64,000 bases of DNA from Nitrosopumilaceae archaeon (GTDB lineage Archaea; Thermoproteota; Nitrososphaeria; Nitrososphaerales; Nitrosopumilaceae), in the NCBI GenBank assembly GCA_965200155.1, contig CBDATR010000024.1:64001-128000 (forward strand), in the 5' to 3' direction. Under the pieces are notes generated by a model. It saw only the letters and a program-made list of their open reading frames with translations, had not been told where the DNA came from and did no database searches. Within the stretch, counting starts at the first letter, position 1, and each line of letters begins with the position of its first letter. Shown piece after piece: positions 32,970-41,367 of this stretch. The translations under genes were made by a program, and so were the position numbers.

Positions 32970-33091
32970 TTACATGCTCAATTAATATGCGCCTTTTTGA
33001 TACAGTTTGGTTGTATTTCCTTTCAGTTTTAGTGAGTGATTCCGCACCCCTGTATGGAATTATGACCTTTGCACCGGATAGGAAACTTTTC

Positions 33092-33507
33092 GTATGAGTT
33101 CACGTGTTTTGATCATTAACTAAGATATAGATTGGTATGACAATATTTTGCTTAAATACCAAATTTGCAATAAGAATCTAATGAGAAGACGCCTGTCCTA
33201 TAAGGAATTGGAACTAAAAAATAAGCTTCTTTAGGATACCCTTGCGTCTACCAAGAAAGAACTTGCACATTACAAGGAGAATGAGTGAGAGATAAAACGT
33301 GGAGACATAATACTTGCGTTTACCAAGAAAGAACTTGCACATTACAAGGCAGAGGCCATGGGCCGCCTTGTCCTACGTCTTGCGGCCACCGAGAAAGATC
33401 TTGCACATTACAAGGAACGTGTGAGAGTATTGGAAACACATATGTCACGCATCACAGAAGAAATACAAAATCTCACACAAGATTTCCAAATTATTAGGAA
33501 TTATGTA
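33092..33507 (+). mobile_element. Truncated IS66 left end with degenerate 5' transposase and three 37-bp repeats
   Basis: Matches 31269-31567 with stops and local duplications. Confidence 0.85.
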
Positions 33508-33885
33508 GTATGAGTTCACGTGTTTTGATCATATGATATGATAGAATGCATCCGAGTTTTTTTAATTATAACTGCATTCTTATAGCAACCTCATGCTTGT
33601 ACTGGAGGGATGGTGGAGAGTGAGCATTCTCATATAAGCCGAGCCATGATTACCGCAATTTTCCCTTGTTTTCCTTCCAATTCATTTACATAATTTCTAA
33701 ACGCATTTTTTCTATGTTATGTCTGCTTCTTACACGTTCCTTGTAGTGTGCAAGATCTCTCTTGGTAGACGCAAGGGTATCCGGAGATTTGCAGTTCCTC
33801 ATGGCCGGCGTCTGCTCATACTACAATTTAACCAAATATTGTCATATCAAGTTTCATCGTATGATCAAAACACGTGAACTCATAC
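33508..33885 (-). mobile_element. Internally deleted IS66 derivative (378 bp)
   Basis: Both TIRs present; internal mosaic of IS66 right end and 5' coding region. Confidence 0.88.
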
Positions 33886-34149
33886 ACATTTGGTTCATAT
33901 CCCTGATTACGTGATTGCCATCGTGTTTGATATTGCGTAACACGCATGCTTTTTGCGTATCTCGCTCTGGGAATACAATACGTGATTAGACCGTATGCGC
34001 AGAATCACTTCTCCCACCCTGCACGTCTAAACCAAGTTGTTAGATACGAACAATTGACCTAGTATCATGGGTTTTCCCACAGACTCATGTGAAACAGAAA
34101 AGTTAAGACCTAATTTTGTAATACCAGGTATGCTAAAAGCAGAAGAACT

Positions 34150-34241
34150 GTATGAGTTCACGTCTTCCGGAATCTTATGCACAAATCACATTAACTGTCG
34201 CGATCAGTTATGCGTAAATTTAGACACAGGTGAACTCATAC
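34150..34241 (+). mobile_element. IS66-derived MITE (92 bp), copy 4
   Basis: TSD GAAGAACT; inserted in codon 7 of the ISL2-like transposase. Confidence 0.95.
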
Positions 34242-35375
34242 GAAGAACTCACCAGGGAGCAGTTAGTCACAGAGCACTACCGGCTACGCACCAGGTCCGA
34301 GGCCGAAGTAACAAACCTGCGTGGAAAAAATGACAGTTTGTGTGGAAAAGTTGACAGTCTGCACGCTAAACTTGAAGCTCAAACAAAGAATGCCCTCGTT
34401 TCAAATCTCGATGACATCATAGAACGCAAGGATCAGCTTCATTCCCTGACCGGATGCACCCCGGAAGAGTTCAAATGGATACTAACCAGATTCACAGAAT
34501 ACGTAGAGTCCCTGGAAGGCGATGATGCACGGCGATTCTTAGAACTTACAAATGATCGCGGCCATGTGAACAAATTTCCGGTCAGGCATGTACTCTTAGT
34601 TACACTGATACGCCTGCGCTGCAACACAAAGCAGGAGCTTCTTGCTGCAATACTCAAGATAAACCAGTCAAACATATGCCGTTACATCCAGTTTACAAAG
34701 CAGGGACTGATCAAGATACTCCCAACGGCCGATACCGTTGCAAAAGCAATATCGCAAATCAAGTCAGCATCGGACTTTAAGGAAATTGTTCCCGGTCGAG
34801 CCGGAGGGGAGATAAAGACTGACGGTACACATGTACGCGTACAACGTCCTGAAAAAAATCAGGAGGCAATGTACTCTGGTAAACAAAAAACCCACACGTA
34901 TAACGTACAGATAACATCAAACAAGAAAAGACTGATAATTCACATCAGTGGAGTATATGAGGGAAAAAGACACGATTATGGCATATTCAAGAATGATATT
35001 CCCCTTGGAGGCAAATGGGGCAAGTCCCTAAAAGAATCAACCACGCCACCATCCGATAAGATAACAGTAATAGCAGATGCAGGATACCAGGGTATGAAAG
35101 ACTTCCTACCCGGCGCAAAGGTCATAATTCCATCCAGGGGTAGGGAATCACTCACTAAAACTGAAAGGAAATACAACCAATATGTATCAAAAAGGCGCAT
35201 ATTAATCGAGCATATAATTCGAATGCTAAAGGTATATCGTAGATTAAGTCAGGTATATGATGGTAGTCGTGAGGAATTCCGGGAAGATCTACTCGTAGTA
35301 TCCGGGTTGCATAATTTACACATTATGCACAAGCATACCAGGTACAAGAAATTCTTGAAAAATATCTGTCCATAA
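34230..35375 (+). CDS. ISL2-like DDE transposase (native ATG at 34130 cut off by the MITE; GTG supplied by the MITE TIR)
   Basis: HTH region, KTDGTH, IADAGYQG, RILIEHIIRMLK. Confidence 0.8.
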   Translation: MNSYEELTREQLVTEHYRLRTRSEAEVTNLRGKNDSLCGKVDSLHAKLEAQTKNALVSNLDDIIERKDQLHSLTGCTPEEFKWILTRFTEYVESLEGDDARRFLELTNDRGHVNKFPVRHVLLVTLIRLRCNTKQELLAAILKINQSNICRYIQFTKQGLIKILPTADTVAKAISQIKSASDFKEIVPGRAGGEIKTDGTHVRVQRPEKNQEAMYSGKQKTHTYNVQITSNKKRLIIHISGVYEGKRHDYGIFKNDIPLGGKWGKSLKESTTPPSDKITVIADAGYQGMKDFLPGAKVIIPSRGRESLTKTERKYNQYVSKRRILIEHIIRMLKVYRRLSQVYDGSREEFREDLLVVSGLHNLHIMHKHTRYKKFLKNICP

Positions 35376-35685
35376 TTTCCGTGTTATTATAATTCGAATA
35401 TTACTCATCAGAAAATCCACTAAATTAATGGGTTTTGTGGTAACCATTTAGCTCACTCATGATATCCGTCATCAAGATCCAGTCGCCCCACTACACGACA
35501 TTTGCAATCACGGCATACGTTAGTGCTGGCAGGTGCCATTAACATTGTTCATGCTTGACTGATTGTGTGCCATAAAATACACCCCAGTTTGAAGCAACAT
35601 GGACTATTCCTGTCAATCATGCGCATAAGGTCTATTGAACTTACCATGTACTATTTTATCGCCAGTGTGCTAAGTTTAGCAATAC

Positions 35686-36248
35686 TGGAGTGGGCCCTGC
35701 GCTTGAGAATGTTTTTTGTAATTTTCTAGGCACAGCTATTTACCTACATTTTGGACGATGTGTTGCCCTTTTTGCTTCTTTCGGAGAACTCCACGGGAGG
35801 GACATATCCTAGTGCTAAGTGTATCCGGGAGTGATTGCAGTCGTTTTTATCATCGTTCTCTTGTAACATCTTTTTCATTTCAGAATTTTGGGATCTTGGG
35901 TTTCTGTCCAATTCCTCAGAACAGGCCTTTGGGAATCTCGCCCTCCACGTGTATAGTGTGCGGGGCGATATGTTGTTCCGCCTGCAGATCTCTGCGGTGA
36001 CTGCTGTCGAGTCTAAGGTTTCCAATGGTATGAGTTCATCTGTGTCTAAATTTACGCATAACTGATGGAACAGGTTGTTCTAGTTAATGTGATTTGTGCA
36101 CAAGATTCCGGAAGACGTGAACTCATACTTCCAATGACCTTCTCCTCCCGACTCCATTGGTGTTTTTTGTCAACCATGGCACACTCCCCCTCTTGAATCC
36201 AAAAAGTGTGAGTTGATATCTATTCTCAATGTCATGGGGCACCGGCCA
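35686..36248 (-). mobile_element. Internally deleted IS3-family element
   Basis: TG...CA imperfect TIRs sharing TTGAGAAT; 4-bp TSD ATAC; orfA-like HTH fused to an orfB tail (NHSRIHLALGYVPPVEF). Confidence 0.78.
36028..36128 (-). mobile_element. IS66-derived MITE, 101-bp variant, copy 5
   Basis: TSD TTCCAATG. Confidence 0.94.
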
Positions 36249-36332
36249 ATACGACTGTGGCAGTCTGCCTCATTATACCAAAAACAGGATGGTATCGGCA
36301 GAATATATTAGATAGTTAGTGATGATAGGTGC

Positions 36333-36878
36333 GTGACAAGCTGTACTGATGTCTTGGTGGGGATAATCATGGGTTCCACCTCAGATATGCGCGTTATGAG
36401 CGGTGCTGCAAGGGCACTGGATAAGTTAGACATCAGGCATGAAGAACAAATAGTATCTGCGCACCGTACCCCCTCCAGACTGTCTGAATACGCGAAACAT
36501 GCACTGGAATCGGGGTTTCGCGTAATAATAGCGGGGGCTGGCGGAGCAGCACACCTGCCCGGGATGATATCTTCGTACACCACAATACCGGTAGTGGGGG
36601 TGCCTATTCTCACGTATGCGGACAAGGGTCCCGGGGGCAGATTCTCGGCTTTTGGCGGCATGGATGCATTGCTGTCCATATCTGAGATGCCAACAGGCTC
36701 GCCAGTGGGCACCATGGGTGTAAACAAGGCCGAAAGCGCTGGTATATACGCCGCCATGATACTGGGTAATGAATTTGAGGACATACGGATAGCCCTCACC
36801 AAGTACAAGGAGAAACGTTATCGTGACGTGACACAGGAATCCGAAGAATTGCGTAGAAACGGATTGGCGAACATGTAA
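36333..36878 (+). CDS. purE: N5-CAIR mutase
   Basis: MGSTSD, SAHRTP, AGAGGAAHLPG, PVVGVP. Confidence 0.96.
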   Translation: MTSCTDVLVGIIMGSTSDMRVMSGAARALDKLDIRHEEQIVSAHRTPSRLSEYAKHALESGFRVIIAGAGGAAHLPGMISSYTTIPVVGVPILTYADKGPGGRFSAFGGMDALLSISEMPTGSPVGTMGVNKAESAGIYAAMILGNEFEDIRIALTKYKEKRYRDVTQESEELRRNGLANM

Positions 36879-38081
36879 CTATGTCAGAATGCGAAAGTCT
36901 ACATCCTTTGCCTGTAGCGCATGTATGAGGGCCGTGGTGTTGACCTCGCCTTCTGTCTCTATGCTTATGGTGACTGATACATGCCCCGCGCCCACATCGG
37001 AACTAAGCCTATCGTGAGTCATTTCCACAAGGTTGGCGTTTGCCGCGGCTATCTCGTCCATTATCTCCTTGAAGACTCCTGGCCTGTCTGGAAATAACAT
37101 CTTTATCTTGATCAAGCGACCCATGGATGCGAGTCCTCGATACACTATTTGGCCAAGCAAGTACATGTCTATGTTGCCACCTCCCATTATGCATACCACC
37201 TTCTTGCCCGGTGATGGCCGCTTTGCTATAACATATGCCAGGGCTGCCACTCCTGCTGGCTCCACGACAAATTTGGTCCTCTCCATAAGCAAGAACATGG
37301 CCCTTATGATGTCTGTCTCCTCCACCAACACTATGTCGTCTATCTGGTTCTTGATTATTGAGAACGTCAGTTCACCGGGAACCCTTACTGCAATGCCATC
37401 TGCTATGGTGGCCGAGCCGCCTACTCCCTGCACATGGCCGCCTTTCCAAGATTTTTGCATCGCAGGAAACGAGGATGTTTGTACGCCTATCACCTTGGTA
37501 TGCGGACTTCTTGTCTTGACGGCTGTCAATACACCTGCCGCCAATCCGCCCCCTCCCATGGGCACGTATATTTCGTCCACGTCCGGCATCTCATCTAATA
37601 TTTCAAGCCCGATAACGCCCTGACCAGCTATAATGTGGGGATCATCAAATGCATGTATTATCTTGGCATCACATTCTGTGGCCATCCGGGCTGCCCACTT
37701 GCCTGCCTCCTCATAGTCGGCACCGTGCAAAATTACGTTGGCACCATATCCACGTGTGGCCGCTATCTTGGCCGGTGATGCACTCTTGGGCATAACAATA
37801 GTGCAGGGTATTCCTGCCTTCTGTGATGCATATGCTACACCCTGCGCATGATTGCCCGCCGAGGCGGCCACAACGCCTTTCTGCCGTGTCTCGGGCGTGA
37901 GCATGCTTATTGTATAGTGGGCCCCGCGTATCTTAAAGGAGCCGGTTTTCTGTCGGAATTCTGCTTTGAGATATACCTGTGAGCCGCTTATGGTGCTAAA
38001 TGTAGATGAGTAAATCAGTGGCGTTACGCGTACTTCACCACGCGTATTGGCCGCCTGTATTATATTGTCATATAAATTCAT
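36879..38081 (-). CDS. ilvA: Threonine ammonia-lyase with ACT domain
   Basis: TGSFKIRGA, SAGNHAQG, GGGGL, DRPG. Confidence 0.93.
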   Translation of the reverse strand: MNLYDNIIQAANTRGEVRVTPLIYSSTFSTISGSQVYLKAEFRQKTGSFKIRGAHYTISMLTPETRQKGVVAASAGNHAQGVAYASQKAGIPCTIVMPKSASPAKIAATRGYGANVILHGADYEEAGKWAARMATECDAKIIHAFDDPHIIAGQGVIGLEILDEMPDVDEIYVPMGGGGLAAGVLTAVKTRSPHTKVIGVQTSSFPAMQKSWKGGHVQGVGGSATIADGIAVRVPGELTFSIIKNQIDDIVLVEETDIIRAMFLLMERTKFVVEPAGVAALAYVIAKRPSPGKKVVCIMGGGNIDMYLLGQIVYRGLASMGRLIKIKMLFPDRPGVFKEIMDEIAAANANLVEMTHDRLSSDVGAGHVSVTISIETEGEVNTTALIHALQAKDVDFRILT

Positions 38082-38336
38082 GAAATTTTTAAATACACTG
38101 TCTTATTTGTTCCTTGTGTATTTCCCTGCGTGCATACACTAACAAATCTTAGGTCTGCGCATTATGGATTTGTGACAAATAAAAGACGGTTTGGTCACAA
38201 TTAAACACCGTACTAGGTGCGCTCTTTGTATATTTTTGTCCTGTCACAAATGTACACAATTAAAATAATTCTAATTATATTTAACGTGTAAAGAATAATT
38301 TAATAGAACATAAATATCAAAAACAGGATATTATTC

Positions 38337-38437
38337 GTATGAGTTCACCTGTGTCTAAATTTACGCATAACTGATGGAACAGGTTGTTCTAGTTAATGTG
38401 ATTTGTGCACAAGATTCCGGAAGACGTGAACACATAC
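38337..38437 (-). mobile_element. IS66-derived MITE, 101-bp variant, copy 6
   Basis: TSD TATTATTC. Confidence 0.94.
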
Positions 38438-38474
38438 TATTATTCCTCTACATTTAAAATAAAATTTGACTCAT

Positions 38475-39653
38475 CTAACCGTGATCGTGGTCATGATCAT
38501 CATGTCCATCGGCTTTATCGTCCTCGACGGTTATTGTTATTGACGTCTCTATGGGCTCACCGCCCCAGTAATATGGTGCATGGTCGTTGGTGTACAGACT
38601 AAGTGTGACTGTATGAGTTCCTGGCTCCAGAGCATTCAGATGATGCCGTGCCTCATAGATGCGGGTTGTATATTCGCCATTTATGGCCATGACTATGTAT
38701 CCTTCTCCGAGTGTGTGTGCCTGTCCTACATTCTGCGGTGATAGAACAAAGTCTTCTGTGGTCATCTCTAAATTATTGCCACCGCCACGGGTATCAACAT
38801 ATGACTCTGCCGAGATCATCATGGATGAAGTGCCAGTAACTGGTTCTGTGGATATGGGTTGTTCATTAGATTCTGGAACTATTACCATCATGGTTGCTTC
38901 TGCCGGGAAACCATTTACATATACATCCTCATGGGAATTCATGTTTAACGTTACACGAATGTGATGACTTCCTGGATCTAGCTCTCCCAGATAGTAGTTG
39001 GGTCCATACATGCGATTAATCTTTACACCATCTGCGTATATGTGAGCATGACCCTCTCCGTCAATATTGTCTTGATTCACGTTTTCCGGTGTCCATGTCC
39101 AACCTTGTGTTGTGGCACTAACGATCACGCCTCCATGTTCGTCAATACTGACAGAGATATCTATGCCCAATGGTAGGAGTGTTTCTACATTAGAATGCAT
39201 ATGGTCTCTTTCCATGTAGCCGTCTTCCATCGCCATGTTATCTTCCATGGCATCATCACCGTGATCATGTGAGTGTCCATCGTCGTGATCATGACCACTG
39301 ACTACAATCGTGCCTGTCATCCATGAGAATGACTCTACACTAAACGTGTATTCTCCGGAATCCGGGAATCGAAGAGAATATGTCTGACCAGGACCAATCA
39401 CTCCGGAATCGATGGGATTTTCGTCGGTCCCGCCTATCACTCTGATTGTTACGGTTCCATCATTGGACCATATTATCTCACCGTTAGGATCCAGCGATGT
39501 GGTGGATGGGTTAACACATGACTCTACCGGGGTACACTTTTCCATAGTATCCGGTGTCAGACTGATGGTAACCTGTGCATGATCAGCATAAGCAGATACA
39601 GAAATAACTCCAAACAGCATCATTGCTGTTACAATTGCTAATTTCATTACCAC
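38475..39653 (-). CDS. Secreted His-rich protein with degenerate cupredoxin-like domain
   Basis: Signal peptide; plastocyanin-like SG.I.PG.TYS..F...GEY...WMTG; His/Asp tracts; two GH(A)H-type repeat domains. Confidence 0.8.
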   Translation of the reverse strand: MVMKLAIVTAMMLFGVISVSAYADHAQVTISLTPDTMEKCTPVESCVNPSTTSLDPNGEIIWSNDGTVTIRVIGGTDENPIDSGVIGPGQTYSLRFPDSGEYTFSVESFSWMTGTIVVSGHDHDDGHSHDHGDDAMEDNMAMEDGYMERDHMHSNVETLLPLGIDISVSIDEHGGVIVSATTQGWTWTPENVNQDNIDGEGHAHIYADGVKINRMYGPNYYLGELDPGSHHIRVTLNMNSHEDVYVNGFPAEATMMVIVPESNEQPISTEPVTGTSSMMISAESYVDTRGGGNNLEMTTEDFVLSPQNVGQAHTLGEGYIVMAINGEYTTRIYEARHHLNALEPGTHTVTLSLYTNDHAPYYWGGEPIETSITITVEDDKADGHDDHDHDHG

Positions 39654-40008
39654 ATATACGACAGTATTGTTTATTAATTATACGATTAATTATTTTTCAT
39701 AAATTTTACCAATATTAAATTCTTGTATAGCAGTCACCATAAGTCTTGGCGGTGATTTTCCATAAAATATCACAACAGGGATGGCAGACAGACTAAATCA
39801 GCAGATGCAAGTAATAGACCTTATGCGCATGATTGACAGTAACATCCCATATTGCTTCAAACCGGGGTGTATTTTATGGCACACAATCAGTCAAGCATGA
39901 ACAATGTGAGTGGGCACCTGTCAGCACTAACGTATGCCGTGATTACAAATGTCGTGTAGTGGGGTGACCGGATCTTGATGACGTATATCATGAGTGAGCT
40001 AAATGGTT

Positions 40009-40100
40009 GTATGAGTTCACCTGTGTCTAAATTTACGCACAACTGATCGCGACAGTTAATGTGATTTGTGCACAAGATTCCGGAAGACGTGAACTCATAC
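40009..40100 (-). mobile_element. IS66-derived MITE (92 bp), copy 7
   Basis: TSD AAATGGTT. Confidence 0.95.
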
Positions 40101-40319
40101 AAATGGTTACCGCAAAACCCATTAATTTAGTGGATTTTCTGATGAGTAATATTCAAATTATAATATCACGGAAATTATGCATAGATATTTTTCAAAAATT
40201 TCTTGTACCTGATATGCTTGTGCATAATGTGCAAATTATGCAACCCGGATACTACGAGTAGATCCCGGAATTCCTCACGACTGCCATCATATACCTGACT
40301 TAATCTACGATATACCTTT

Positions 40320-40411
40320 GTATGAGTTCACGTCTTCCGGAATCTTGTGCACAAATCACATTAACTGTCGCGATCAGTTGTGCGTAAATTTAGACACAGG
40401 TGAACTCATAC
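40320..40411 (+). mobile_element. IS66-derived MITE (92 bp), copy 8
   Basis: Perfect TIRs, no TSD; sits at a rearrangement junction. Confidence 0.93.
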
Positions 40412-40625
40412 CACTCATGATATACGTCATCAAGATCCGGTCACCCCACTACACGACATTTGTAATCACGGCATACGTTAGTGCTAGCAGGTGTCCACTC
40501 ACATTGTTCATGCTTGACTGATTGTGTGCCATAAAATACACCCCAGTTTGAAACAATATGGGATGTTACTGTCAATCATGAGCATAAGGTCTAATAAACA
40601 AAATACATACAAGCTCTACAGATGG

Positions 40626-40826
40626 TCAAATCTCTGTAGCTGGTTTACTATCGTCTCTAAGTTTTTTGCGGTACATAATTACTGCTATGGCTATTCCCAC
40701 ACATGCCAAGAATACAGGCCAGCGTAGCTCGCTCTCTCGCAGCCCCAAGAACGCGTATATAGTACCCCCCACAGCTGCAAAGCCAATAATTTCCAGTATT
40801 TTTATCATGTATGAAATGCAATACAT
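40626..40826 (-). CDS. Small two-TM hypothetical protein
   Basis: Two hydrophobic helices followed by a basic tail; start uncertain. Confidence 0.5.
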   Translation of the reverse strand: MYCISYMIKILEIIGFAAVGGTIYAFLGLRESELRWPVFLACVGIAIAVIMYRKKLRDDSKPATEI

Positions 40827-40886
40827 TATCGATATAACTTATTATGCTGCTTCGTAACGAGGCCACACCACAGACACTCTTGCAGT

Positions 40887-40994
40887 AACCATTTAGGTTA
40901 CTCCATTGAAGGATAGCTCAATTTGGTGAGCCGCTTCACTCCATACCGGATCACCCAAAACCGTTTAGGTTACTCCATTGAAGGATAGCTCAAT
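40887..40994. repeat. 36-bp direct repeat pair separated by 36 bp
   Basis: AACC(A/G)TTTAGGTTACTCCATTGAAGGATAGCTCAAT at 40887 and 40959. Confidence 0.85.
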
Positions 40995-41096
40995 AGTACG
41001 AAAAGTCCGCTTAGGATCCGGCGTACAGTAGTTCAGATTGCACAAGCCACGAAAGGCTATGGTAAAGGGAATAACAGAGGAATCAAGACAAAAGAG
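40990..41096 (+). mobile_element. IS481 left-end fragment truncated by a MITE
   Basis: Matches 29022 to about 29153. Confidence 0.8.
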
Positions 41097-41188
41097 GTAT
41101 GAGTTCACGTCTTCCGGAATCTTATGCACAAATCACATTAACTGTCGCGATCAGTTATGCGTAAATTTAGACACAGGTGAACTCATAC
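41097..41188 (+). mobile_element. IS66-derived MITE (92 bp), copy 9
   Basis: Perfect TIRs, no TSD. Confidence 0.93.
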
Positions 41189-41367
41189 TGACAGATGTCA
41201 TTTTAAGCTGCTGAAACGTGGACAGAACCAAGACTGCACACATGCATCTTGTTGTCAAACCGGGCACTCGTTGTTGTATGGGTGTGTATCTCGATGGGGA
41301 TTCTGTGCTAGGCGACCACAAATTCCAATAGAAACGATTTTAGTATGTGTGTATTAGGAATCACAAC

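Larger units (their letters stand above)
31114..33091 (-). pseudogene. 3' fragment of ISL2-like transposase, split by the IS66 insertion
   Basis: 31114-31268 and 32970-33091 are reverse-complement matches to about 35095-35368. Confidence 0.85.
33988..35633 (+). mobile_element. IS5-family ISL2-like element
   Basis: TIRs AGACCGTATGCGCA / TGCGCATAAGGTCT; 3-bp TSD ATT. Confidence 0.85.
39816..40592. mobile_element. Composite of two inverted ISL2-like right ends joined through a MITE
   Basis: 39816-40319 is the reverse complement of about 35229-35633 plus a MITE; 40412-40592 matches about 35454-35633; AAT on both flanks. Confidence 0.8.

Noticed and set aside
33241-33415. CRISPR array call
   Set aside because: The repeat derives from IS66 coding sequence, spacers are unequal, and there is no leader or cas gene.
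7000-40521. Repeated peptide YEFTSSGILCTNHINCRDQLCVNLDTGEL in several predicted ORFs as a protein family
   Set aside because: It is one stop-free frame of the MITE; insert plus TSD (100 or 109 nt) is not a multiple of 3, so it cannot add an in-frame domain.
40887-40994. CRISPR array call
   Set aside because: Only two repeats, beginning with a transposon TIR; no cas genes in the window.
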